Assembly: GCF_009914755.1 (NCBI RefSeq)
Contig: NC_060937.1
Origin: the human T2T-CHM13v2.0 reference genome, Homo sapiens
Direction: 5' to 3' (one strand)
DNA length: 64,000 bases
Of the stretch, positions 14,119 through 27,582 are shown one piece after another. The notes below the pieces were generated by a model. The model saw only the letters and a program-made list of their open reading frames with translations. It did not search any database and was not told the DNA's origin. How positions within the stretch are numbered: the first letter of the stretch is position 1; the number at the start of each line of letters is the position of its first letter. Both the position numbers and the translations under genes were made by a program.

Positions 14119-14178
14119 ATTTTTAGATAGTTTTATATATGTATATAACTTCATATAAATATAAAACTATCTAAAAAT
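14119..14178. repeat. Perfect 20-bp inverted repeat with 20-nt spacer
   Basis: atttttagatagttttatat (14119-14138) / atataaaactatctaaaaat (14159-14178). Confidence 0.9.
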
Positions 14179-14411
14179 CACATCTAATTCTAAATTATGT
14201 ATGTATATAAAGTTATATCTACATATGTAGCATTTTAAAAATTGTGTCTAATTCCATATTAAATTACATTCTAATTAGAAAACTCAAGTCTAGGGTTAAA
14301 GTCATATCACCCTAGAAAGACAAGATAATCTATTTAGAGATATAAACACTGCCTTCAGTAAGAGAGGTAGCTACTGAAAGGCATATTCTCTCCTTTTATA
14401 CTGTACGCAAA

Positions 14412-16257
14412 TTACTGTAGATTCAGTTTCAGATCCACACAATAAAGTCAATATTGCAATAAAGTGAGTCACACTTTTGTTTCCTAGTGTATATTACAGT
14501 TATGTTAACACCATACTGTAGTCTATTAAGTATGAAACAGCATTATATCTAAAAATATGCATATTTTAATTTAAAAATAAATTATGGCTAAAAAATGCTA
14601 ACAATCATCTGCTCCTTCAATGAGTCATAATCTTTTTTCTGGGGAGGGTCTTACCTGGATGTTCATGGGTGCTAAATGATCAGGGTGTTGGTTACTGAAA
14701 GTTGGGATGACTGTGGACATTCTTAAAATAAGAAAAAGATGAAGTTTTCTCCATCAATTGACTCTTTCATGAAAGATTTCTCTGTAGCATGTGATGCTGT
14801 TTGATAGCATTTTGCTTACAGTAGGACTTCTTTCAAAATTGGAAACAAGTCCTATTTCCAGCCTCGCCACTGCTTTATCAACTAAGTTTACGGAATATTC
14901 CAAATCCTTTGTTATCATTTCAATAACGTCCACAGCCTCTTCACCAGATAAGTAGATTCCATCTCAAGAAACCACTTCATATTTTTACATCCATACAAAG
15001 CAATTTCTCATTCATTAAAGCTTTATCATGAAATTGCAGCAATTCAGTAACATTTTCAGGATTCACTTCTAATTCTAGTTCTTATATTCATCCCACCTGC
15101 AGTTAATTCCCATAGTGAAGTCTCGTCAAAGTCATACAGGAGAGTTGGAATCAACTTCTTCCAAACTCCTGCTGATGATATTTTGACCTTCCTCCTTGAA
15201 TTACGAATGTTCTTAATGGTTTCTAGAATGGTGAGTTATTTCCAGAGGGTTTTTTATTTGCTTTGCTCAGATCAATCAGAGGAATCATTATCTATGGCAG
15301 CTATAGCCTTATGAAATGTTTTTCTTATACAATAAGACTTGAAAGTCAAAATTACTTTTTGATCCATGAGCTGCAGAGTGAGTATTAGGTTAGCAGGCAT
15401 AGAGATAACACTAATTTTCCTTTACAGCTCCATCAGATTTCTTGGTTGACTAAGTGCATTGTCATTTAGCAGATATTTTGAAAGGAATCTTTTTTTTTCT
15501 GAGCAGTAGGTCTTAACAGTGGACTTAAAATATTTATGAACCAACCTCTGATAGCTTCAAACTTTCTTTTTGGAACCTCCTCACCTCTCTCTGCTTTCAT
15601 AGGATGCAAGAGAGTTAAGATCTTGATCTAGATTGCACTTTGGCTTAAGGGAATGTTGTGGCTGGTTTGATATTCTATCCAAACCACAAAAATTTGTATC
15701 AGCAATAAGACTGTTTTGCTCATCACTTAAGCGTAATCATACCGAACTTTTGTTTTAAAGTGAGTGATATTAGACTCTTCCTTTTACTTAAACACTTAGA
15801 AGCCACTGTAGGTTATTAATTGGCCTAATTTCAATATTGTTGTATCTCAGGGAATAGGGAGGTCTGGGGAGAGGGAGAAAGACTGAGGGCAATGGCTGGT
15901 TCAAAGAGTAGCCATGGAGTAGAATACATGTATCATTTATTGATTGAGTTTACTGTCTTATATGAGCATGGTTCATGGCACCAAAACAATTACAATAGGA
16001 TCACTGATCACAGACCACCATAACATCAAGGACCACTGATCACAGACCACCAAAACAGGTATAATAATAAGGAAAAAGTTAGAAATATTGTGAGAATTAG
16101 TAAAATGTAACAGAGAGACATGAAATGAGCACGTGCTATTGGAAAAATGGTGCCAGTAGACTTGCTCAATGCAGGGTTACCATAAATCTCCATTTTTAAA
16201 AAGCATAATATTTGCCAAGCACGAAAAAGCAAAACAGGATAAAATGAGATATGCCTA
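14412..16257 (-). mobile_element. Tigger1 DNA transposon, internally deleted (~1.85 kb)
   Basis: Right end aaaatgagatatgccta+ta matches the reverse-complement TIR plus TA; hallmark tracts caataaagtgagtcacac, tttcatgaaagatttctctgtagcatgtgatgctg, tttggcttaagggaatgttgtggctgg; apparent deletion near 15540; 32-bp-period duplication at 15997-16052. Confidence 0.92.
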
Positions 16258-19200
16258 TATGTGTTGTGGCATACATTTTAAAATTCTTCTTTCTATAGCA
16301 CATAAGAGTCTTTTCCTAAACACTGGTAGTATCTCTGTATGGTATTTATTAAACTCAATTTGACTAATACTAAATAAAGTATTCATTATAGTTCTAAAAT
16401 CATGTAAGTTGTATTATGGTTATTTTATATACATTATTCAACTTTTACTGAGATTATGTCAATGCCAAAGCATTCATTGATTGGGTGCTAGTATTGTCAT
16501 ACATATTTTCTTGAATTTTATACATATATATTCTTCTGTTAGTATTACTCTTTGGTATAAATGAGTGAGTATTGTAACTTGATTTAAAAAGTCACCCTAA
16601 ATGTGGAAACTGAGCTAAGAGTTTAGCACAAAAGTCATCATCGGTACAGTCATTAGAAAGTGTGCATTTCTGCCCCATGTGTGCACCTTATTTCCAATCT
16701 AAAACCAAATTTATTTTTTTTTCTTCATATCTATTTAAACTCCTTTGGTCTGCTTCTCAGTTAATTTAACTATCACCAACATACTCACCCAAGATATTAT
16801 TCTCTATAGTATCATCTTGTTATTCTCACCTATTCCCTCTTCTAAATTTTTATGCTTTCAAATATGTCCTCATATGATCACCATATGGTCACCAGTGACC
16901 AAATCATTTCTTCTATACTTTTTATATTTGCTTCTTCATCTCTTTGTCTACTATTTATTGCCTCGGTTCTAATCTGTTTCTACTACTGATGGCCTATTTC
17001 AGGTCTGTATCAACTTATTCTTTGAAAAATTTTGAAATAACTGTTTATACTGAATAAATTGCCTATGAGGATGGTAGTGCAGATGAATAAATAAGAAGAG
17101 AGTTTGTAGGCAGAAGATGCAAACAGGACATATAATCTATGCTCCAGAAATGGTTGTTTTATCCTCCATTTATACTTCAAATTTCAAGAACAGCTATGAA
17201 TGTGTTCTGCAATGGTTTAATATAGAAGACATAAACATTATATTTGTTAAGCAACAAGGTCATGGAAGATTTACCTAGTTTGAATTAAATCAATATTGTT
17301 TGTTATTCTTTATCCTAATCCCAAAAGACCATACAAAATCAATAAGATATTGATGTAACTAAATCTTCTTCAGTAAGATTTATGAGACACTGATATGAGA
17401 ATGGAGGTTGGCTAAGCAGTAACCAGAGATATGAAATCTTCATTTGAGTTTTCAAAGCAGCATTATTTCTATGTGTTTTCTTTATTAAACTCAAACACTT
17501 GCACCAAAACTATATAGTATTATTTAGCATTATATAGTAAATCATAAATATCTGTATAAAATAAAATTTGCAGTAATTACATGTATATCATATATTTGAT
17601 ACTATAGGTAACATTTTGTCTTTCACACTAAGCTAAAGTTAATTTTATAGGTAAATAAAAATGCATATATGTAAGATGACTGAGTATACATAAAGCAAAA
17701 ATGTGAAATTGCATTATTGGAGAATCAATAAAGACAATAAATGGACTAAGGGAGACATTTAGTTGATGAGTGTTATTAAAGTTTTACCATCATAATTTAT
17801 GTTTGGTCTGTGAAAAAGTACTTCTTTGAACTATAAGGTATACATTCAATATGTGTTTTAATGAAGTTTTATATATAATACCATAACGATTTGTTTAGAA
17901 TTATGTATTATTTTGTTAGCTGAATTTCGTTTTACTTTCTTTTTCAGTTTACTTTAATCATTTAATGAACATTGGAGTTGCAGAATAAAAATGGAAATTA
18001 TTATTCATTTTAAGGATGTTTAAAGCAATGTTTTAGTATTATCTTTTGTTAATCAAAGTGCATTTTGTTGTTGTTATTATTGTTCCAAGACTTTACCATT
18101 TGCTTACAATTAGCAGGAACTGGCCCTATTATTTGATGTTTGTTTACGTTAGTATTTATTTATTTTGAACAAGATTAGGGAGTCCTATAATTACCATCTC
18201 ATCAATCATGAGTTGACTATCCTTTGGAAACTCTTGTGGTAAACATTAGGCAGGAGCCCCAAATTTGATGCAGGTGAGTAATTATACTGTAATCGTCACT
18301 AAACACACTGCAGGCAAAAGGCTAAGTGACAAAGAAAGACATGATCGTTGCCTAACAGTCCATGTTTTTGGGTAATTTTATTAAATGCAAATTCAGTGAT
18401 TTGCACACATCTCTTCCAGTAGTTATGCCATTAATTAGTTTTAAGTTTCAGCTTGAGCCAAAAAGCACTTTATATTTTAACCATAACCCTGTTGTATTGG
18501 TTATAAGAAGAATGAACACATAATTTAACTTCAAACAGGGACATTTGTGAAAGTGAAAATAGTTGATAATAGTAAATTGGTGGAACCTGTAATTCTAAAC
18601 CAGGACTTTCCCAAGCTAACCAGAACATACGATCATTCTAGTTATAAGATGTACTTCAGAAAAGAAGCAAAATTGTTGATAACTCTGCTAGTCTCCTTCA
18701 GGGTTCTATTATTTTTTTATCCACATTTTTCTTTTTGTAAGATGTGTTACAAAATCTTTTTTCTAGATTTGATCTCCCTATCAGTACAGAATGTTTTAGT
18801 TATCCAAAAAAGATAAATAATCACGTGCTCCTCTGGCTCCTTTTAATTTCTAGTTTTGCAAAAACAGCTCCAACATGTTGCAAAATGATTCAAACATTTT
18901 GGACATCTTGTAAGATATCTTCTTATCTTTATTTGGCTGTAGAATGCATTACTATTTTCCTTCTTTGCAGAAAATAATAATAGATAATAAGTTATTATCC
19001 CTAGATAGAAATCAAACATGTAGAGCTTCAAGCTACTTTCATACTTCAAAGACATGATTCAAGGACGGTTTAAATTAAACCAGTCATATTCTAATTTATG
19101 TCTACTAGAAACTAACAATATATTTAGTATTATTTAAATATATAAACTATGTTCTATATTGGTTCAGGTGAAAATTTATACACTAATATTATGAATACTT

Positions 19201-19523
19201 ATAACATCCTAGAGTATTCAGTAAGTAATTGTTGAATAAATAATTAAATAATTGAATTGGCAAGATATATTTATATAACTTAAACTCCTAAGTTTAAACA
19301 TTATTTGAATCTAAAAGTAACACTAAGTTATTATTTTATTATTACCCATGAGCTAAAACATAATTTGTTGCAACACCAAAATTCTGAGATGGGTTCTTGC
19401 TGAGCTACAGATAGATGCTTGTATATTAAAAAGAAATGCTGCCTTTAAAAATGTCAGTTGTGACATTTTTACAAATAAGAATATATTACTCAGACATAAT
19501 TTATATAATAACATTTATAGATT

Positions 19524-19895
19524 TGTAGTTATCCATTTTCATGCTGCTGATAAAGACATATCTGAGATTGGGCAATTTACAAAAGAAAGAGGTTTAATTG
19601 GACTTATAGTTCCATGTGGTTGGGGAAGCCTCACAATCATGGTGAAAGGCAAGGAGGAGCAAGTCATGTCTTACATGGATGGCAGCAGGCAAAAGAGAGA
19701 GCTTGTACAGGAAAACTCCTTTTTATTTTAATCATCAGATCTCATGAGACTTATTCACTCTCATGAGAATACCATGAGAAAGACCTGCCCCCATGATTCA
19801 ATTACCTCCCACTGGGTCCCTTCCACAACATGTGGGAATTGTGAGAGATACAATTCAGGTTGAGATTTGGCTGAGGACACAGCCAAACCATATCA
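19524..19895 (-). mobile_element. THE1B-like solo LTR
   Basis: gctgctgataaagacata...gcaatttacaaaagaaagagg...ggcaaggaggagcaagtc...ccaaaccatatca; TSD agatt/agatc. Confidence 0.92.
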
Positions 19896-20269
19896 AGATC
19901 TTTTTTATATTTATTGTAAATATCCATATATATCTCATAATCAAGGAAAAAATATAGAAGTTTAAATTTTAATCTGCATTGAATATGATACAAAAGAGGT
20001 TTTATCAAAAGAACACAAAATTTTGTTTCTTCACAAGTGGAAATATGATGTGAAAACAATCTAAAAATTAGAAAATAAAACCATTAACAAATATTTAAAT
20101 ACATTTTTGGAAATGGATCTTAGAACAATGGTTAAATCAATTTAAAAATATATGTGTAAGAGATAAAACCCTATCTCTTGAGAAAAAAATCCAGATAAAT
20201 GCATATATATGTATACACACATATAAATATATATTTTTCAAAGATATAATGCTTCCATAATTTTATACT

Positions 20270-20430
20270 TTGTAATCTATTGGTCAATAACTTTTATACG
20301 CAAAGATATTCATTGCAGCATTATTTATGTAAGGTTGTGGTCATAAACATAAATGTAAAACATTAGATACCTGGTTAAATAAGATATTATAGGTCATTAT
20401 TTATTTGAATATATGTATATTTATACCATC
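20270..20430 (+). mobile_element. Old L1M (L1ME-like) 3' fragment
   Basis: caaagatattcattgcagcattattt...aaatgt...tggttaaataa motif. Confidence 0.5.
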
Positions 20431-20774
20431 CAAAATCAACCTATTACATTATCATCATCAATAATACTGTAGGGAATGGCATTTTTCAAATAGCTATGAT
20501 GATTTCTTCTGAGAATGAGGCCTAAAACAAATATTCTTTGATAATGAAAAATCATGCTCTATGACAGTTCTGCAAGATCACAGTACTGCATTAACAGAGT
20601 GGGAATAAATCAACACAGAGGGCGACTAGAAAACAGTTCAGGCTTACTATTTATCTCAGAGTTTTATTTATTTGAAGAAATCCCTGTAGTTCTGCTTCAT
20701 ACATTTTGCCAGGGAAAGTTACCAAAGGGAGAATACAGATCTTTCCCCCACCCACTGTGGTTCCATTCCCTATG

Positions 20775-21788
20775 GTACACTCACTCCTTTGGTGATTTTA
20801 CCTACTCTCTTAGCTTTACACATCACTGATATGCTGATGACTCCCACATTTATAACTTCAGCTTAGAATCACTATTAAACTATGCACTCACATAGCAATT
20901 ATATGAAAATATATTTTGGATGTCTAAGTAAGGACCTAAAGCTCAAATGCCCAGAATGAATTCAACATCCTTCCCCTAATATCATATCCACCAGCAACAT
21001 TGACATCCAGTGAAAGCATTTTATTCCAATTATTGAGAAGTTAAACCTTGGATTAACTCTCAGGCTAGATAATTTGTTGCGCTCAGTGTACAGTGAAAAT
21101 GCAGAAATGGGCCCTTGTTCACAAATTATTAACAATTCCAAGATGGTGATAACAGAACATTGAGCCACACACTGGACCCTTCTGCACACAGGGCAGCTTG
21201 TGAAGGCACAGGTCACACACCCCAGATACAGGAAAGATTAATCCTTGGCTTTTTTGCCCCTTATATAGATTATATACAAAGCTACTTGGAGACAAACAAA
21301 CAAACAATAACCAAAAAACCCACACACACAAAACAACAGTGTGATGTCTCTGTGTGAATATTGATCCAGAACTTCCCACTTACCACAGCGGTCACAGAAG
21401 ACATCTGGTGCTAATCATCATCAGCTCTCATCTGGGTTAAGACTTTGGCTTCCTAAGTGGTCTTTGGGTTTTGGCCCTTTCCTGGGTGACCGTTTGGAAT
21501 TAGATCTCATCACTTCACTCTGCTCAAAGTCTTCCAATATCTTTCTAGTTCTTTTGGAGAAACAGCTGAAGACCTGCACAGACCGTCCTGTCATGATCTT
21601 CTCTCTCTGCTCTCCCTTGCCTCATAACTCAAGAGACTTCATCTTCCACCACTGTCTCCTGCTCCTCCCACCATGCTGACTGCAGGCCTCTTAAATCGGC
21701 ACATGGGACTCACTCCTGGCTCCTAGGATTTGGTTGGCTGCACTCTCTACTCGCCATGTTCTGCCTTAATGTCCCCATGGTCACCCTC
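20775..21788 (+). mobile_element. L2 LINE remnant, interrupted by MER45A and the downstream THE1; probably resumes ~24264-24400
   Basis: cactcactcctttggtgat...atatgctgatgactcccacatttat...ttggatgtctaa L2 motifs. Confidence 0.7.
21060..21228 (-). mobile_element. MER45A hAT-Tip100 MITE
   Basis: ggctagataatttg...gaaaatgc...ggcccttgttcacaaattattaacaattccaagatgg...gcacaggtcacacaccca matches reverse-complement MER45A. Confidence 0.8.
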
Positions 21789-24263
21789 TGTATTAGTCCA
21801 TTCTCACACTGCTGTGAAGAAACACCCAAGACTGGATAATTTATAAAGAAAAGAGGTTTAATTAACTCATAGATCCACATGGCTGGGAAAGCCTCAGATA
21901 TTTACAATCATGGTGGAAAGCATCTTTTCACAGGGTGACAGGAGAGAGAAAAATGAGAGCTGAGTGAAGGGGGAAGCCCCATATAAAACCATCGGATCTC
22001 ATGAGAACTTATTCACTATCACAAGAATAGCATGGGGAAAACCGTCCCCATGATTCAATTACCTCCAACCAGGTCCCTCTCACCACACATGAGGTTTATA
22101 GGAACTACAGTTCAAAATGAGATTTGGGTGGGGAAACAGCCAAGCCATATCATTCTGCCCCCCACCCCCCAATATCATATCCTTACATACATTTCAAAAC
22201 ACAATTATGCCTTCCCAACGGTCCCACAAAGTCTTAGCTCATTTCAGCCTTATCCCAAAAATTCAAGTCCAAAGTCTCATCTGAGACAAGGTAAGTTCTT
22301 TCTGCCTGTGAGCCTGTAAAATGAAAAGAAAGTTAGTTACTTCCTAGATACAATGAAGGTACAGACATTGTGTAAATACACTCATTCCAAGTGGGAGAAA
22401 TTGGCCAAAACAAAGGGGCTACAGGCCCCACGCAAGTACAAAATCCAATGAGAAAGTAATTAAATCTTAAAGCTCCGAAATAATCTCCTTTGACTCCATG
22501 TTTCACATTGAGGTCATGCTGATCCAAACAGTGAGCTCCCATGGCCTTGGGCAGCTCTGTCCCTGTGGCTTTGCAGGGTACAGCCTCTGACTTTTCTAGG
22601 CTCATAGGTGCAAGCTGTTGGTGGATCTGCCATTCTGGGGTCTGGATGATGGTGACCCTCTTTTCACAGCTCCATTAGGCAGTGCCCCAGTGTGGACTCT
22701 GTGTGGGTGCTCCGAGCCCACATTTCCCTTCTGCACTGCCCTAACAGAGTTTCCCCATGAGGGTTATACTTCTGCAGCAAATTTCTGCCTGGACATCCAG
22801 CCATTTCCATACATCCTCTGAAATCTAGGCAAGGGTTTCCAAACCTCAATTCTTGACTTCTGTGCACCTGCAGGCTCAACACCATGTGGAAGCTGCCAAG
22901 GCCATGGCATGAAGCCATGCTGCGAACTGTACCATGGCTCATTTTAGCCATAGCTAGAGGGGCTGGGATGCAGAGCACCAAGTCCCTAGGCTGCACACAA
23001 CAGGGGAGCCCTGGAAACCACTTTTTACTCCTAGGCCTCTAGGCCTGTGGTGGGAGGAGCTTCTGTGAAGGTCTCTGACATGCCTTGGAGACATTTTCAA
23101 TTCTTGTCTTCTGTGCACCAATAGGCCCAGCACCACATGTATTCCCCCAAGGTTTGGGGCTTGCACCCTCTGAAGCAACAGCCTGAGCTCTATGTTGGTC
23201 CTGTTTAGCCATGCCTGGAATGGCTGAAATGCAAGGCACCAACTTCCAAGGCTGCACAAAGCAGCAAGGCCCTGAGCCTGACCCATGAAACTATTTTTTC
23301 CTCCTAGGCCTCCCAGCTTGTGATGGGAGGGTCGGCTGTGAAGACCTCTGATATGCCCTGGAGACATTTTCCCCATTGTCATGGTGATTAACATTTACCT
23401 CCTTGTTACTTATGCAAATTTCTGTAGCATGCTTTAACGTCTCCCAAGAAAATGGGTTTTTCTTTTCTATTGCATCATCAGGATGCAAATTTTCCAAACT
23501 TTTATGCATTCCTCCTGAATGCTTTGCTGTTTAGAAATTTCTTCCCCATGATACCCTAAATCATCTCCCTCAAGTTCAAAGTTCCACAGATATCCAGGGC
23601 AGGGGCAAAATGCCGCTGTTCTCTTTGCTAAAGCATAACAAGGGTCATCTTTGCTCCAGTTCCCAACAAGTTCCTCACCTCCATCTGAGACCACCTCAGC
23701 TTGGACTTCATTGTCCATATCACTATTGGCACTTTGGTCAAAGCCATTCAGCAAGTTTCTAATACATTGCAAACTTTCCCACATCTTTCTGTCTTCTGAG
23801 CCCTCCAAACTGTTGCATTCTCTGTCTGTTACTAAGTTCCAAAGTTGCTTCCACATTTTCAGATATCCTTATAATAGCACTCCACCCTACCAGTACCAAT
23901 TTTCTGTATTAGTCAGTTCTCATGATGCTACGAAGAAATACCCAGGACTGGGTAATTTATAAAGAAAAGAGGCTTAATTGACTCACAGTTCCACGTGGCT
24001 GGGGAGGCCTCAGGAAACTTACAATCATGGCGGAAGGCAGTACTTCACAGGGCAGCAGGAGAGGGAAGAATTAGAGCCAAGAGAAGGGAGAAGCCTCTTA
24101 TAAAATCATTACATTTCATGAGAACTCAAATCACGAGAATAGCATGGGGGAACCACACCCATGATTCAATTTCTTCCTACCAGGCCTCTTCCAAGACATG
24201 TGGGGATTATGGGAACTGCAATTCAAGATGAAATTTGGGTGCGGACAAAGCCAAACCATATCA
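21789..24263 (-). mobile_element. Full-length THE1D-like provirus (LTRs 21789-22152 and 23905-24263) with duplicated internal segment
   Basis: Paired LTRs tgtattagtc...ccatatca; THE1-int between them with segment 22847-23097 repeated at 23098-23371; TSD decayed (ccctc/tcccc). Confidence 0.93.
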
Positions 24264-24599
24264 TCCCCTCATCTCCAAGTTCAAAGGCAGTGTTTTACTT
24301 CCTAATGAACTCATCCCAAAACCCTTTTTAATATTTGAATCACCCTCCTCACCCTTTTTGTGGCTTTATCTCATTCTGGCTTTTCTTCTCCTGAGAACTG
24401 GCCTGTGTTTGTGGATCAGTCCTTCTGTGTCCCCTGAGCAAGGTGCCTCAGACTCAGCACTGACAGCTTTGCAAAGCTTCAATGTCAAACTGGCAGGCTG
24501 CTTCATGACCCACTACTCCACAGCCCCACCAGGTGGCCTCTGGGGCTTCTTCATGGAAATTGTGAATAAAATTATTTACTTCATCTGGCAAATATTTTG

Positions 24600-24938
24600 G
24601 CTATTCCAAAGTAGAGGATTTACTGTGGCTTACATAACTTGTGTCCTATTTCATGCTCTTCTGTCAAACACACAGATAAGTCACTCTTCCCAGTTGCAGT
24701 GTAGCAACCTCAGGCTGATTGTTGAAAACTGTGGAGGACGCCCCCTAATGAGATGGCCGAGATACATAATCTAAATTGCCTGGGTCTTTGAGTCTCTACA
24801 CCTAAAGGCTGATGTCTTGGAGAATATCCAAATCCACAGCTGATTTTTCATGATCAAGGATGTGAGCTTGTTGTGATAAGCCACTGAGATATTTGTGTTT
24901 CTCACCTCAGCATAGCTTAGCCTTTTCTGCCTAATATA
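24600..24938 (+). mobile_element. Old MLT1-family LTR 3' portion
   Basis: ttgttgtgataagccactgagatatttg...gcatagcttagcc...ctaatata terminus. Confidence 0.65.
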
Positions 24939-26094
24939 GTGATGTATACAGTGATACATAGTTAACATTTTACATGATATTCTGATCAATAATTAACATG
25001 AATGTTATGTAATTTGATTATATATAATTATATATGACATATCATAATCTGTATCTTATCTGTCTATGTATATGTCTCTGTCTGTATTTATCTACTTTAG
25101 TGTAGCTAGGTTCCTTTAGCACTTTAGTTTTAAAAAATAGAGATATAAAGATAAAAGTTGCTAAGTAAAAATAGAATTGCCATTATTGTTTCAGTGGACA
25201 TTTTGAGACTTTTAAGTGACCATTTTCCACATAATTTTTAAGTTTTAATTTTAAATACAGTGAATATTAAAATAATACCATTTTTATTTAAACTCAAATA
25301 TGTTCAAAAGCAGTTATAATTTTTTACATTTATTTTTGCAGACATTTAAAAAATTTTATTTCTCTATTGAAGCACCTTCTAAAATGTTTGTCTTAATATT
25401 TGTGGTATAAGAAAGCATTTTCTATTTCTCTCACTTTTCTCTCTCTGTCACTTTGTTCCTTTCTCTGTTACATATTCACTTTTTCCAAACTAAAAACAAC
25501 TGAGCGTGAATGTTTTTGTTAACATCCATTTAGGGTTTAATTGAAAAGATTGAGAAGAATGAGGGCTGTTCAGGTGGTTAGAAGAGGCAGAATAAAGTCA
25601 ATTTTCTTGTGAAGTGATGGAAAAGGACAAGAGAAAAGGAGGGAGAGGGTGAGAAGGGTGAAACCCTGCAGTGCCTGTCCTTGGGTCATCCACCGAACAC
25701 CAGGCAAGGGTAAGAGGAGAAGACTTCATGAAGCAGACAGCCACGATTCCATTTGTTGCAGAAGGCAGCCAGCCCTCTACAAAAATAAGACTCTCTACTT
25801 AGCAGAGCATCACGGGTTCTATTCCCAAAAAGTATCATACAGTGATGAGCATGGTGATGCCTGAGGTGTAGATTTTAGTTTTGATTTTTATTGCTTCAGT
25901 ATTGTAAAATTATTTTTATTAATGAAACACCTTAGCATTAGTCCTTTTAAACTTTATTCTGGATTTTTTATAATGTAAAGCTCCAATATTTTTGTAGATG
26001 GCAATTGTATAGGCCTTTTGTGGTTCCTCTATGAATTATGGTTAATTCACAATATCTCAGAGAGGAATCAAAACACATTCATCAACATAATTAT

Positions 26095-26185
26095 GTGTCA
26101 ATAAATATAGACCTGGAGGGACTAAATAATCTACCCAAAGTCACCCAGCAGCTATCGATGTCAGAGGCTGGAGGCCACCTAAGAA
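26095..26185 (-). mobile_element. MIR fragment
   Basis: actaaataatctacccaaagtcacccagcagc...tgtcagaggctgg. Confidence 0.45.
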
Positions 26186-27582
26186 GACTGATACCAGATA
26201 GTTGTTAGTTTCCCTGCTGTGTGACCCGTCCACCTCTTTATTCTTAGCTAATTTGAGAAATACTGTTGATCACACTAAATATTTTATCTGGTAAGAAGCA
26301 GCATGACATATCAAGCTCATCCTATTTCCTCTTGAAGATATTTATTTCTCTATTATCTTCCTCCCCCTTGTTCAGTCCATCAGAAAACAACCTATTTTAT
26401 TTCTCTCATTTTTAATAATCTGACAACTTTTCACTTGAGTGTACTCTATGCTATTTCTCAGCCTAGGACCAGGTTTTGATCAGACTTTAATAAAGTTATA
26501 TTTAGCATGAACTCAAGAGATTTTAAGTTAATGCAATGTTTCAATCAATAAGAAAAAATAATAGGGTTCTAAGTAATATGTAGCCCACATTTCCCACTCT
26601 GGGAAATTTACAATAATACTCATTCAGAAGTCCACCTTATACAAGTCTAAATCAGTTTACGGAATCAGCAAGAGTCTAGTGAGAGTCCCCAGGGTAAACA
26701 TTTTGTACAGAATCTCAGGGGAGTGCAGGTGGCCCACAGGGTGACCCAACATGGAGCGGCTGTGGTCCAGATTGCATGTTTATAGATGATGTGTAGATTG
26801 TTGATTAGAATTCTCAGCATTCAGAATGGAGAAATTCAGTAATTCAACTTCATAGAAGATGAGAGGGCTGAATAAAATCATTTCACACATTTTAGATGAA
26901 TTTATATAGAATATAACAGTGATAATATAAAATTCCTATACCTAATTATGCAATTGTTCAGGAAAAAGTTTTCTTTTTGCCATCTGTGACTCTTATAGTA
27001 TAAATTCCAAGGAAACATATATGTAATATTATGAAAATATAAATAAGTTATAATATTATGAAAACATAAATAGGCTATATTTTATATAAAATATCTCACA
27101 AATTTTTAGTTATTGAATTTACTATTTTGTATATTTGCAGAAATATCTCCTTTTACTATGATAAAGATAAGTCTACAAGAGCATATCAATATTATATGTA
27201 AAGCCTTCTACATTTTTGTAATAAAGCCAAATGCTTTAAAGTATTGATTTTAGATAAATAGATTAATATTTAATGTATCATTAAATTTTACATAGCTAGG
27301 GATCAAAGTTTCAGTGCAGGTTATCTAAGTTAACACTAACAGAAAGTTGTAAGGATGTTCATTAAGGTGACAAAAGTTTCAAAAAATGAATAAATCTTAT
27401 ATTTTTATGGAGGAAAATAAAATATCTTACTTTTCAAATGCACACATTTGTAATGTAAACGATTCAATCTGGACAGTTTTTGAGCCACAGAGATACCAAG
27501 AATGTATGTCACTGTGTAGCTGCTTGTTAGTGGTTGTGGTTATAGGATAGTGATTATTTCTAATTGAAAAAGAAGGTATAGG

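Noticed and set aside
24235-24774. 179-aa ORF
   Set aside because: Begins at a non-ATG codon in an antisense LTR end, crosses L2/MLT1 relics and has no recognisable domain
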